DNA of 64,000 nt from Octopus vulgaris. Its lineage: Eukaryota. Positions 41,334 to 54,721 of the stretch are shown piece by piece (the first letter of the stretch is position 1; the number at the start of each line of letters is the position of its first letter). The translations under genes were made by a program, and so were the position numbers. Location: NCBI GenBank assembly GCA_951406725.2, contig OX597816.1, positions 18,724,001 to 18,788,000 on the forward strand, read 5' to 3'. The notes under the pieces are model-generated. The model saw only the letters and a list, made by a program, of their open reading frames with translations, did not search any database and was not told the origin of the DNA.

Positions 41334-41479
41334 ATGTGTGTGCCTAGAGATACAAGTGTAGGCAGAATGAGGGTGTGTTGCTTTTTGTGTCTTTGTGATT
41401 TGTGAGAGGCGATGGCTGAGTCGTGTAAGGCCGGTCAGCAATTAGAAAACTCACAGGAAGTGACCAATGGTCAATTGTA

Positions 41480-41765
41480 AAATGGCTATTATTCACAACA
41501 GATCTTGTGAAACATGTGGAATGGCGGGCCCCTCAGTTGGATAAATGAAAAGGCATTTCAAAAGAGTTCATACAGTGACACTTGCTTCCTCTGCGAGCCA
41601 GCACAGCTGTGCATTATGTAATAAAATGCACAAAACTTTGGTCGGATTCAAGAGTCACACAAGGGCTCACATCGCATCAACATTGACTCATTCCAATGAT
41701 TCTTTCTAGCAACGTCTTTGCACGTATACGACAAAGCAGCAAAGAGATGTATGTATGTATGTATG
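41480..41765 (+). mobile_element. RTE-type LINE 3' fragment with terminal C2H2 finger
   Basis: CALCNKMHKTLVGFKSHTRAH, followed by a short UTR and an (ATGT)n tail. Confidence 0.55.
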
Positions 41766-42244
41766 CAGTGTATGTACATAGGCGGATCCTGTCGTATATG
41801 TGCGTGTGTGTATAGTAGTCACTAGGGGATATACGACCAACAAAGACGGCAGACTCAGTCAGGCGGACCAAGCTGTGACTGGACGCACAGATTGAAAAAA
41901 GTATGCCTGAACGTTTATCACAGCATTCAATTACTAATTTACTTTGCATATGACAGTGTGTGTGTTTGTACAAACAACCGTCAGTGTGGGCCTGCTAGTA
42001 AGTCTAGGTGTGTGCTGATGCATATAAATTTTTGTTTGTTGTATATTTTTTTTCTCCTATTCTTCTTATCTTTTTCTTATTTCATCCCCGTATTTCATTT
42101 ACTATTACAGAATTGTAAACAACACGTCTGCAACATCGCAACGGAATCTTTTCCCCGCCATTCCTGCCCCCAACAGCTGAAAACTACTGTCGCTAAAAAC
42201 ATGCTGCATTAAAACCGAGCGGAACAGGTATTTAATGAAATACC

Positions 42245-42481
42245 TATTTCTTTCTTTATTACCCACAAGGGGCTAAACACAGAGCAGACAAACAAGGACA
42301 GACATAGGTATTAAGTCGATTACATCGACTCCAGTGCGTAACTGGTACTTAATTTATCGACCCCGAAAGGATGAAAGGCAAAGTCGACCTCGGCGGAATA
42401 TGAACACACAACGTAATGACAGACGAAATACCGCTAAGCATTTCGTCCGGTGTTCTAATGTTTCTGCCAGCTCGCCGCCTT
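42245..42481 (-). mobile_element. SINE family B monomer
   Basis: 16-bp TSD TATTTAATGAAATACC at 42229-42244 and 42482-42497. Confidence 0.92.
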
Positions 42482-42654
42482 TATTTAATGAAATACCGTT
42501 TATAACTTCCCATGAGACACATCTGCACAACCGGTTGCATTATATCTCGCCCGGAAGACAACGATGCGCAATGGGTAGAAACATTCGTTGTGTGTAATAT
42601 AGATTCTCGTATATTCCATTTAACGTCACTATGTTCTTTGTTCTTATCTTCTTT

Positions 42655-43060
42655 TTCTTGTTTCAGTCATTTGGCAGCGGCCATGCTGGGGCACCGCATA
42701 TAGTAGAACAAATCGACCCCAGGACTTATTCTCTGTAAGCGTAGTATTTTTTCTATCGTCCTCTTTTTTCCCGAATCACTACGTGATGGTGACGTAAACA
42801 CACCAACATCGCTAGTTAAGCGATTGCGCAGGGACAGATACAGACACAAATAAACACGTGCTTGCACACACACATACGCACACACACACACGCACACATA
42901 CACACACTCACACACACGCACACACACATACGACGGACTCTTTTCAGTGTTCGTCTACCAAATCCACGAACAAAACCACAGTTGCCCAAAGTGCCACGCA
43001 ATGGATATGAACCTGGAACCATGTTGTTGGGAATCTTGCTTCTTACCACATAGGCATTCA
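42655..43060 (-). mobile_element. Degenerate SINE family A
   Basis: Matches family A. Confidence 0.8.
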
Positions 43061-43381
43061 TGTGTACGTAAGTATTTGTGTATATATATATGCGTATATA
43101 TGTATTTGCGTATATGTCGCTACCACTGTTTGACTACCAGTAACTAGGGGTTTGCTTCCGCCCCCGCATATTACTGATACACTCACCGCCTATAAAAATA
43201 AATCCAATGAGCGAAAGAATTTACACACACACACACACACTTATACGTACATACTTACATACATACATACATACATGTATACATACATGTATACGCTTTT
43301 TTTTAGCATGTGACCTCGTGAATACTACCAGCAATTGTTTTTTCCTCTGTCCTCCCGTCTCGGGATCTTTCTTTCTCCTAT

Positions 43382-43416
43382 GTTTCCGACGAAGAGCTCT
43401 GCTCGAAACGTCAAAC
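43382..43416 (+). ncRNA. Minimal type I hammerhead ribozyme (U4>C variant) in a ~180-bp insert within (TACA)n
   Basis: gttt-CCGACGA-a-GAGC(tct)GCTC-GAAA-CG-TC-aaac. Confidence 0.65.
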
Positions 43417-43489
43417 CCTCCTTCTTCCATTCTTTCCTGAGCGTCCAATAATACTTTATTTGTTCCACATCCTTGCGTTGTTGTCTTTA

Positions 43490-43819
43490 CATACATACAT
43501 ACATACATACATGCATACATACATACATACATACATACATACATACATACATACATACATACATACATACATGTATACATACATACATACACACATACAT
43601 ACACATATACATACATACATACATACAGACAGACAGACATACAGACATATATACACACATACATACATACATACATACCTACATACATACATAGGTACGT
43701 ATGTACATACATACATACACACATACATACATACCTACCTACCTACCTACATACATACATTCATATATACATACATTCATACATACATACATACGTACAT
43801 ACATATATACATACATACG

Positions 43820-43853
<34 letters not shown>

Positions 43854-44031
43854 CATTCATACATACGTGCATACATACATGTATACATACATACATACAT
43901 ACATACATGCATACATACATACATACATACATACATACATGTATACATACATACATACATACGTACATACATACATACATACACACATACATACATGTAT
44001 ACATACATACATACATACATACATACATACA

Positions 44032-44062
<31 letters not shown>
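43490..44062. repeat. (TACA)n microsatellite array
   Basis: Direct reading. Confidence 0.95.
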
Positions 44063-44628
44063 GTTTTAATTGATTAGATCATTTGAGCGTAAAATTCTGA
44101 GTACGAGTTATTCTTCAACCAGAATCTGTAGCAGAAATCTTCTGCTCCTGGTTTTCCAGAGTGGAATACAGCGTGAAACAACATTTTCACGAAGCGAATT
44201 TCTTGACTAAACAACCATACAAACTCCAAATAAGCATGTTTTGATAATCTTCAATAACTCTCATGAATACGCTGAAAGACGTTCCCCGCCAGCTACCATT
44301 CCTAAGAAGGTTAATTTCAGTAAATCATGCAAGAGGAACATATGTTCTTACGCTGAAAGCTGTAGGCACACAGTGACGTTCTCTTAAAACAAATAAAACC
44401 TCTGGCTCTTAAGCAAAAGGCATTATAAAAGGAAAGGAAAATTTATGATATCTACAAAAACACATGTGCTGAATTAGTAGGTTAGTAAATACAAGGATGC
44501 ATATTATGCATTAATTATATGTTTAAATCAACCGATAAAATATTTGGCCTGCAAATATATACACAATTCTAGAGTAAATAATGATGGTTGGTTTTGGGGC
44601 AACATCAGAAATGCATATATACATAGGT

Positions 44629-44705
<77 letters not shown>

Positions 44706-45261
44706 AGGATTACGAATGTGGAAACGTGACATTTTGACTCGTGCCACAACTGTAATTGATTTCTTATTATGGCATAGAGCCAGAGGGCAAGCATACAGGG
44801 ATCAAGGGAATAAATATGTCATATATTTTATCAAGGATGCTCTAGTTGCCGGCATGAAAAATGGCTAAATACAAGAATAGTTCATGGATCAGAGAGACGT
44901 TATCTGTGTACCAGCAGCCAAATCTTTTTTGCTGTTTACTCTCAGACCAAATGTAAACGAGCAGAAAAAAAAGACGGTATACAAAAATAGTAATATTTTA
45001 GTATGAAGAACATGGCTTCTCAGTTGACTAAATTCCAACAGATTGAGTTCAGTAGAAGAAACACCGGGATAAACAGAATAATGTTTGTGTCTATATGTGT
45101 ACATATATATCTGTGTGTGCGTGTGAGTGTATGTGTGTGTTTCTGCTTCTGTATATATATATATTTATATACATATATATGTATATATATATAGATAAAT
45201 ATATATGAGTAAATACACACGCGACACACACACACACGCACATATATATATATATATCGTG

Positions 45262-45613
45262 TCATTCCGTCGTTTACGGAGTTGATCCGATCAACGGAAC
45301 AGCCTGCTCGTGAAAGTATCATGTAAGAGGTTGAGCACTCCACAGCCACATGGACCCTTAACGTAGTTTTCGGGGAGATTCAGTGTGACACAGAGTGTGA
45401 CAAGGCTGGCCCCTTTGAAATACAGGTACAACAGAAACAGGAAGAAAGAATGAGAGAACGTGGTGGTGAAAGAGCATAGCAGGGTTCGCCGGAGTCTCGA
45501 GGCGCTCAAGATGTTTTCGCCCAATAAACGCTCGCAACGCCCGGTCTGGGAATCGAAACCCTGATCCCACGATCGCGAGTCCACTGCCCCAACCACTGGG
45601 CTATTGCGCCTCC
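45262..45613 (-). mobile_element. SINE head C + tail 3
   Basis: Matches 19868-20250. Confidence 0.85.
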
Positions 45614-46343
45614 ATACACACATGCACAGGCATATCTTTATATATATATATGTACATGCATATATACACACACACATGAATATGTGTATGTGTATATACA
45701 TATATAATACATACTACTCAATGCGAAGAGAACGCTTCCCAGAGGACGGATCAAAACTATGAAAACGTCGGTTCAAGTAATTCCCTTCCCTTGCTTTCAC
45801 ACATGAAATGCCTAGATGAATTGCGTTCATATCAGATATCGCTAGTACTCTAAGATTCTAATATTTAAGCCTATTTCCTACTTACCTACACACACACACA
45901 CAAAGACAAACATATATCTATCTATATATACGTACACTTAAATGGCTATCGATATTATGAGGTGATACACAAACCATCCTCTAAGAGTGCATTCTATATT
46001 TAGCAGAAACAGCCCTGCGGTAACTAACTCCATTACTCACATTCTGGTACCTATTTCCTATAATTAATGTCTTATTACCCTCTGTGATCAACTAATGATT
46101 TTTTTATCTAAAGCATGAACACACACATACATACACACGCTCACAAATGCATATGCTGAGATTAGCTAAGCCCAAGAGAAATATTATTACCTATCATTCA
46201 ATCGATATATATATATATGCACATGTAAGTAAGTATATACTTATTTCCTTACATGGATATAGACACGTTTTGATTACTATACATTTGTGATAACCTCTGT
46301 TAACAGTTTACAATGAAGTGGCTTATCTAAATCCAGATAAGTA

Positions 46344-46908
46344 TTGGGTTGTCCGGAAAGTTCGTGCCGATTTTTAAAGGAAAGAAAAAGATCAATAAAT
46401 ACTTGCCATTACATTTTTAATCAACTAAATATGAAACATTTTGTTGCACAATGCGTCTCCAGCTTTCCTTTAACTTGAAAATACCCTCTTCTCAGAATTG
46501 AGGTGGTTTCATGGCAAAGAATTCATCAAGGTATCTTTTTACGTCATCCAAGGAATTGAAATTTTTAACATTAAGACTATTCTGCAGAGACCTGAATAAG
46601 TGGAAATCCGAAGGAGTAATATCTGGTGAATATGAACGGTCGGGTAATACATCCGAGCCGAGCTGCAGCAATTTTTGTCTGGTTCCCAAAACATCAAGTG
46701 CCGAAAATGAACTTTCTTATCTTCCATTTTAAAGGGTTACACAATTAACACAGTTTATAGGAACATAAACCTTCTCCGCAAAAAAGATAGCTTAAACTGT
46801 ACTCTAAATGGGGGTGTAGTCAAATCCTATTTATGCATTTAACCATGTTCTAAAATAAGTCTAAAAGTAAGTTACTATAAATCGGCACGAACTTTCCCAA
46901 CAACCCAG
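46344..46908 (-). mobile_element. Internally deleted mariner (MITE-like) with both TIRs
   Basis: TIRs TTGGGTTGTCCGGAAAGTTCGTGCCGATTT and AAATCGGCACGAACTTTCCCAACAACCCA. N-terminal MEDKKVHFRH is fused out of frame to C-terminal YSPDITPSDFHLFRSLQ. Confidence 0.9.
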
Positions 46909-47414
46909 ACTATTGGAACTGTTGGTCTGTATTATTTGTGGAGAAAACGATATCTGTTCTTTACAAAAATGGGCAGTTAACGTCAGTCAAATACAAATGA
47001 TTAGCAACTAAATTTCCTTATAAAGCTTAGCAGCATTTTGTCCATCTCAATGTTGTAAGATGAATTTCCGTCGAAACCGACTTAACCGTATTGTGCTCTA
47101 TAAAGTACCATTTGAGGACTGGGTTCCATGTAATTGACTTGCCCCTCTCCCAGAACTTGCTGGACTTCTGCCAAAATTTGAAAGCGATATATTTGTATAA
47201 ATATATACACATGAAGAATATATATTCAGTGTCCGGGAGATGTAATGCCCTGTTTGCATTTAATAACTTCTATAGCATATAAACGTTAATTAAGTAAATG
47301 TTATTGAACATAAATTTATTTCGTTGTTTAAAGAAATCGCAGACGTTTTAGAAATAAAAAAAGCAACACAATCAGTAACTAGAAAACTCAAATACAGAAC
47401 TCTGTATATATGGA

Positions 47415-47455
<41 letters not shown>

Positions 47456-47456
<1 letters not shown>

Positions 47457-47759
47457 TCTTTTACTTGTTTCAGTCATTTGATTGCGGCCATGCTGGAGCA
47501 GCGCCTTTAGTCGAGGAAATCGATCCAAGGATGTTGGAAGGCGGAGGACATACACGGACACACAAACACACACACATATAAATATACATATATACGACGG
47601 GCTTCTTTCAGTTTCCGTCTACCAAATCTACTCACAAGGCTTTGGTCGGCCCGAGGCCCTAGTAGAAGACACTTGCGCAAGGTGCCACGCAGTGGGACTG
47701 AATCCGGAACCATGTGGTTGGTAAGCAAGCTACTTAGCACACAGCCACTCCTACGCCTA
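47456..47759 (-). mobile_element. SINE family A with internal deletion
   Basis: Matches family A. Confidence 0.88.
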
Positions 47760-48205
47760 TATATATATAAACACACACGCACACACACATATATATACAT
47801 ACATATATATATATATGTATGTATGTTTGTATATATCAAATGATTTATAAACACAAAATTTGCAATGAATTGCGTCGTCTTCTTATGTTGAAAGGACAGT
47901 AGTGTTTCTTCACCTACTTAAAATACTAAACGTTTTCATGATTAGAAGCAGATAGCATTTTTAATAGAAAAGCAGAGAATATGCTTTACTTTAACTCATG
48001 TTACTGCATAATCTACAACAAAACATATGCTGTAGTTGAAATATATCAGCAATAGAAATCATTTCAGAAAATACAATGTATCAACGTATTCTTCTTTCTC
48101 TCTCCCAAATGCAAAGAATCTTATATTTTTCAAAATAATTGAATACTGCTAACACACACACGAGCGCACACGCGGACACGCATGCACATAGACTCATTAA
48201 AAAAA

Positions 48206-48631
48206 AACTACTAATATTCAGTACCACTGCCGTAGTCTTTTTTCAGAGAGACTTAGAAATATTAATATTTCTATTTTTGAAAACCAGTGGATGTATTCCA
48301 CTGAATTTAAGCAAATAATCCTTCGAACGGACGGCCAGTAGCGACGCGTGCTGGGTTCGGCTGCTCTGCATTGATAAAGGGCAAATACCCTGAAACTAGT
48401 CTGCAGATGCCTGGCCAGCATGGGTAAGCGGCTGACATCCCCTTTTCGAAGGTTACAATGGACACAGGTTCGTGTGTCACATGTCTAGCTAGAGGCGATG
48501 TCCTCTTGGAGCTAATCAACGGCAGCATTCGTCCTATATATCTGGACTGCCATATTAGCTTGGCGATAACTATTAATATCCAGTGCCGCTGCCGTAGTCT
48601 TCTTTAGAGAGACTTAGGAATATTAATATTT
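48206..48631 (+). mobile_element. Retrozyme-like unit: 362-bp monomer with ~65-bp terminal redundancy and a central HHR
   Basis: 48206-48270 is repeated at 48568-48631; GC-richer, self-complementary interior; HHR at 48365-48407. Confidence 0.65.
48365..48407 (+). ncRNA. Type I hammerhead ribozyme with two core substitutions
   Basis: tctgca-TTGATAA-AGGG(caaata)CCCT-GAAA-CTAG-TC-tgcaga; palindromic stem III ACTAGT, GUC triplet. Confidence 0.7.
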
Positions 48632-48709
48632 TTTTATTGTGGTAATAGCTGGTATATGAGCTTAACATTTAACAAAGAATAGAATACAAGCGTTTTGCAA
48701 TTAGACTGC

Positions 48710-49180
48710 TTTAACAAAAATCACCTCTCTCTGGAACACATTCATGGAGAAATTTTACGCTTTTGCATTTCCTGTAGCACATTGCGCTTTTTATCAAATA
48801 AAGAAATAAAAATCGTATTGAACCTAAGCAGCAGTGACTATCATTAACTATCTTGATAGCTGTATGATGTAGTGTCTTGAAATTGTTAAAACACTCTGTA
48901 ATAGGATTTATGGGCGAATGGAGGGACAATAAGTGCACATGTTGGAAGAAGTCCATGTTTGAACTGATAAACCATTTCCTACTAGAAATGAAAACCCTTC
49001 TTCAAAATATTGGTATATTGATTCAAATGCTTCAATGATTCCCGGTGGACTCCAAATTGATACTTTTCGAATTTTGATGAAGAAATTCTTCAAACATTTA
49101 ATGCGTCAAGAGTTTATAAATTTCACAAGTGCACCCAATGCCCATTTAGCGCAAATTAACAACTGGATTAATGAAATTTT
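48710..49180 (-). pseudogene. Possible decayed IS630/Tc1-like transposase fragment
   Basis: LLSLHSPINPITECFNNFK resembles LPPYSPxLNPIExxF; otherwise very eroded. Confidence 0.4.
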
Positions 49181-50213
49181 GCATTATGACACTTAACTGT
49201 ACGTCAGGGAATAAATAAAATGGGTCCATCAAATAAATGTTGTTTTAAAAGCCTTCAAGAAATGTGGGATCTGGAAAACTATAGATGATATTCTCTGTGA
49301 TGCCCATCCCAGGAAAATGTCAAAGGCAATTTATTGTTTCTTTTCCTATGTTTCATCCAGTTTTAGAAAACAAAGAAAAGGAACTCAATTAGAAATTAGA
49401 AAACTCAAATACAAAATGGCGTTATTTCTGCATCACTCCGTGTATATGAAAAAAATATGTATATATATATACTCTTTTACTTCTTTCAGTCATTTGACTG
49501 CGGCCATACTGGAGTACCGCCTTTAGTCGAGCAAATCAACTCCAGGACTTATTCTTGAGTATGTGAGGAAGTCATTCCTATTGACATTGGTTTAAAAATC
49601 CATACGCCTCCGTTTTACTATGTTTGAATATAATTTCTTGCAATATTTCTGTCTTCAAATTAAGAGTGTACGTTATACATGCAAGCGTATGATAAGCCGT
49701 AAACTGCATCTCAAAATGCATTTTTTGGTCATCCCCGTATTTTGTTTCATTTACATTTCCTGCCCTGTTTACATCACAATTGTTTGTCCCTTTAAAACAA
49801 TATTGTAGGATTTAATAGATAATTATGAGGTATTTCTAGCACTAACTCTCGCCACAGAATAAACTCGATTATATTACTTACCGATAAATGAGTTGAAAAC
49901 TGAAAAATTCTCCTGCTATGTGTTGATCACTATACAGCTTTTCAGCGCACTATCTACTAATACATTTACTTAGTCAATGGAATGGTCTCCAAATTGATTT
50001 ATCACATCATTAGTATTTTAAAATAAGTTAATGCTGTGAATTTGGTTTGATTCTACTTTGGCTTGTGTGAAAAACAAGTTAGCCTTTGCTTAGAAACTCT
50101 ATATATTTGTAGATCCATCGATTTGAAGACATCCATAAATACGAAAATACTTAAGTGCTACTGTATTTTGAACGGACGGAAATATAATTATCTGATACAC
50201 ACACACACACACA

Positions 50214-50304
<91 letters not shown>

Positions 50305-51239
50305 ATATCTATATATATTTACGCGTTTTATTATAGTAAAGTTTAAATGATTGGCTTTTACCGTGAGTAAAGTATACGCGTTTTATATTAAAATATATAT
50401 TCCACATATTTCATAATAATTTACTTCAAATTATACATAAATTCCTATCTATAGTATTTAATGGTATCATAAATTCGTAAGTATATTTTGCTGTAATAAA
50501 TTATTAGTTATAAAATCGAATTTAAGTTATCATTTTAACAGAAAGACCAACTTTCTTAAAACATCAAGACAGGCGACTTCGAGCATTCACTCGACCTTCT
50601 AGAAATAGCAGCCGAATGTTTCGCAAATTATACTCTTTAACATGAAGAACTTATTTTGCACAGTGAGTGAAAACTGATGCTTATGAATAAACAAATATTT
50701 GAGTGGAGGTTCTGAACTCAGTGATAAATTGTGACAAACACAATAACAAATCCTGAAAATTTTACATGATCAAAATTCCTTCCACAATCTAGTAATAATA
50801 TTTTATCGCATTATGCATATTCAGCAAAGAATAAATCGAATCTGATGAATGAGACGTAGTGCTACCATTCATCGTACTTTTCATGTTTGAGGGAAATATA
50901 AATGAACTTCATGTGTAGCTGTTTTCAACAACGTATTGTCAGTGACGTAAAGCCAACACTATGAGCTGTATGCTTCTCTGAATTCGTTTAACAGTTTATT
51001 TGATTATAGCTACTAACAGAGGTAAAATGAAAGCGGGAAAAACTAATGTTATTAATTGAGGAAATAATCTAATTTTAATTCACTTGATGACCAAAAATGT
51101 GCTTCTTAATTTCTGAAGTAAGGAAAGCACAAGCAAATACTTTGTGTGGTTTCTGAATACTTAAAAGTAGTACAGACGGGATCGTATTGGCAGAGTTATT
51201 AAAGTGCTTGGACTTGTGAAATTTTTCCTAGAAATGGAA

Positions 51240-52299
51240 AATTACCCACTTCTCTGTAACTTGAATAAGTCATACATATAGTTAGAAATAACACTGATGA
51301 GGAACATTAGACCAGGAGAATGTTCTGATTCCTAAATACCAATATATTGAAGTTATATCTATATAAATATAGATATAACTTCCCAGAAAAGCACAAATAG
51401 TAGAAATCTTGTAGTAGTAGTTCAAATCCTACAGAAGTTTACGTTGCCTTTTCCCCATTATTTACTACTCATTGGCGGCTTTTTCTTTTCAAATTAGTTG
51501 CTGATATAATTTCAAGATCCATAAAATTTCATGATTCACAATAACGGAAATAATAAGATCAAAGAAAACTAAAGTCTCCGAATTATATTTGATCAATTTT
51601 TTTTTAATAGTTACCGCTATAGATATCTTAGGACTATATTCATACTTCCATAAATGTTCCGTTAGCTTGCAATTCCGTGCAGAATTCTAACCAATAATGA
51701 AGCTTTCATGGGAAATTTTCCAGTCAATAGTTTTAAACGAGTATTGCCGGATTTATTTTATGATCAAATGTTATAGTAATTAGAGTATTTATCATGAGAA
51801 ATTAATAAGTATTGATTATTTAAATTCTCCGCCGTCTCACTCTTATGTTTCGTGTTGGTTTCAATGTGAATATCTCAAACAATACCCAATAATTAATTAT
51901 TTCTTATGAATATGTGAGAATCAAACAGCTTTTTTTTTTAAAAAAAAGAAGTTAGATTATATACACATAAAACCAATTAAAACCGCGTTTAACTCAATCA
52001 GAGGAAAGCATAAGCGTGATGCAAAAATCTCTTTCACAACTGTTATATTATTTTCGGTAATTCAAACTTGCTAAATTAATCTTTGATCTGAAAAAGAAAA
52101 GAAAAAAAAAACAAAATTGAATAATTAATTACCCACTTCTCTGTAACTTGAATAAGTCATACATATATAGTTAGAAATCACACTGATGAGGAACATTAGA
52201 CCAGGAGAATGTTCTGATTCCTAAATACCAATATATTGAAGTTATATCTATATAAATATAGATATAACTTCCCAGAAAAGCACAAATAGTAGAAATTTT

Positions 52300-52309
<10 letters not shown>
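51240..52309. repeat. Pair of ~180-bp near-identical direct repeats (51240-51420 and 52127-52309)
   Basis: Differ by about 2 substitutions and one 2-bp indel; each carries CTGATGA and a palindrome with 16-bp arms. Confidence 0.9.
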
Positions 52310-52333
<24 letters not shown>

Positions 52334-52420
52334 CAGTAGTAGTAGTCGCAACAGCAGCAGCAACAGTAGTAGCGGCAGCAAAAGCAGTAGTAGTGGCAAT
52401 AGTAGTAGTAGTAGTAATAT

Positions 52421-52451
<31 letters not shown>

Positions 52452-53058
52452 TGCAGCAACAACAGCAGTAGTAGTATAGTAGTTGTAGCAATAGTAGTGG
52501 TAGTGGTAGTAGTAGTAGTAGTCGCAGCAACAACAGAAGTAGTGGTATAGTAGTAGTAGCAATACTAGTGGTAGTAGTGGTAGTAGTAGTAGTAGTAGTA
52601 GTAGTTGCAGCAACAACAGCAGTAGTAGTATATTAGTTGTATCAATAGTAGTGGTAGTGGTAGTAGTAGTAGTCGCAGCAACAACAGAAGTAGTGGTATA
52701 TTAGTAGTAGCAATAGTAGTGGTAGTAGTGGTAGTAGTAGTAGTAGTAGTTGCAGCAACAACAGCAGTAGTAGTATAGTAGTTGTAGTAATAGTAGTGGT
52801 AGTGGTAGTAGTTGTAGTCGCAGCAACAACAGAAGTAGTGGTATAGTAGTAGTAGCAATATTAGTGGTAGTGGTGGTAGTAGTAGTAGTAGTTGCAGCAA
52901 CAACAGCAGTAGTAGTATAGTAGTTGTAGCAGCAGTAGTTGTAGTAGTAGCAGCAACAGCAACAGTAGTGGCAGCAGCAGCAGTAGTAGACGCAGCAGCA
53001 TCAGCAGCAGCATCGACATCAGCAGCAGCAGCAGTAGTAGCAGTTGTAGTATTAGTAT

Positions 53059-53095
<37 letters not shown>
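52300..53095. repeat. (TAG)/(CAG)-derived array with ~145-bp higher-order repeat
   Basis: Landmark GTTGCAGCAACAACAGCAG at 52450, 52604, 52749 and 52891. Confidence 0.9.
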
Positions 53096-53096
<1 letters not shown>

Positions 53097-53257
53097 TGGT
53101 GGTATGGGGCCTTGTGCACTAACATCACAGCTCTGCGTTCTCCATTTATTGGTGATTCCAAAATTCTTGGCGATGGCATCTTTGCACCACACAAGCGAAG
53201 AACCTTCAACTCTTCAAACTACCAAACCGTGGGTGTGTTTGAGTCGGGTTTTATGAG

Positions 53258-53490
53258 GGCGGGGAGCTGGCAGAATCGTTAGCACGCCGAGCGAAATGCG
53301 TAGCCGTATTTCGTCTGCCGTTACGTTCTGGGTTCAAATTCCGCCGAGGTCGACTTTGCCTTTCATCCTTTCGGGGTCGATAAATTAAGTACCAGTTACG
53401 CACTGGCGTCGATATAATCGACTTAATCCGTTCGTCTGTCCTTGTTTGTCCCCTCTGTGTTTAGCCCCTTGTGGGTAGTAAAGAAATATA
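53258..53490 (+). mobile_element. SINE family B monomer
   Basis: Family B consensus; TSD TTATGAGG at 53251 and 53491. Confidence 0.92.
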
Positions 53491-53619
53491 TTATGAGGTC
53501 GGATTGCAAATCAACTTCAACCAAACGCAGTGGAAAGTTTGGGTCTATTCTTGGACTTGACGGAGCCAACACAGACATACACTTATATAGAATATGAAAA
53601 CAAGGAGCAACTACTCCCT

Positions 53620-54001
53620 CTTTTACTCTTTTACTTATTTCGGTCATTCGACTGTGGCCATGCTGGAGCACCGCCTTTAATCGAGCAAATCGACCCCAGG
53701 ACTTATTCTTTTGTAAGCCTAGTACTTATTCTATCAGTATCTTTTGCTGAACCGCTAAGTTACGGGGACGTAAACACACCAGCATCGGTTGTCAAGCGAG
53801 GTTGGGGAGACAAACACCGACACACACAAATATTCACGTACACACATATACATACATATATATATGACGGGCTTCTTTCAGTTTCCGTCTACCAAATCCA
53901 CTCAGAAGGATTTGGTCGGCCCGAGGCTACAGTAGGAGACGCTTGCCCAAGGTGCAACGCAGTGGGACTGAACCCGGAACCATGTGATTGGTAAGCAAGC
54001 T
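53620..54001 (-). mobile_element. SINE family A
   Basis: Matches family A. Confidence 0.9.
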
Positions 54002-54721
54002 AGTAAGAACGGATGTTAGTTAATTCAAGTGGTGAATGAAGATGAAAAGTAGGGTAGAGTAAAATAGTTTTGTTCTTGCATGACGAGAATAAAAGTGACC
54101 TAGACACCCACATTCACTCACACACACGCACACGTGTGTGTACGTACATATGTATGTATGTGTCTGTATGTGTGTGTGATGAATGGAAATGTAGTGGAGC
54201 GATGACGCTGAATTTAATAATAAAATCATATATCGTCGAGATGGAAGTGTTCTGGCTTCTGAAAATGAAAGTAGCGCAAACATCGATGATGAAACAGGAG
54301 CATGCTAGCAGATATTGGTTTGAAATTGTGGCGCAAGGTATCAATTTCGGTACGGGTAGGGGGTTCATAAGTCGATACACCAACGTCAGTATGCAATTGG
54401 TACTTATTTTATTGAAATAGAAAGGACGAAATGTGAAATCGTTGTATTTAAATCCAGAGTGTAAAGACGGGGCGAAATGCTGTTAAGCATGTTGACAATT
54501 CTGCCAACCCGCCGCTTCATGTTATAGGTAAATTTAATCGAAAAATATTCCAGCTAGAGATTAACGTACGTAAATAATTTAGTATCAAACATTCTGAAAA
54601 TCCTTTCAATATTTATAATAAAAACAAAAATGGTATCAAAATAACGTATTCGTCGATCGCTATTTAATATTGGGAGGTGCGGTTCAGAAGAACAAACTTG
54701 AAATTATTACCCTTAGATGAA

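Noticed and set aside
53096-53580. Moderate-GC segment split by a SINE as a coding exon
   Set aside because: The rejoined sequence gives no recognisable protein motif; probably an unidentified old repeat.
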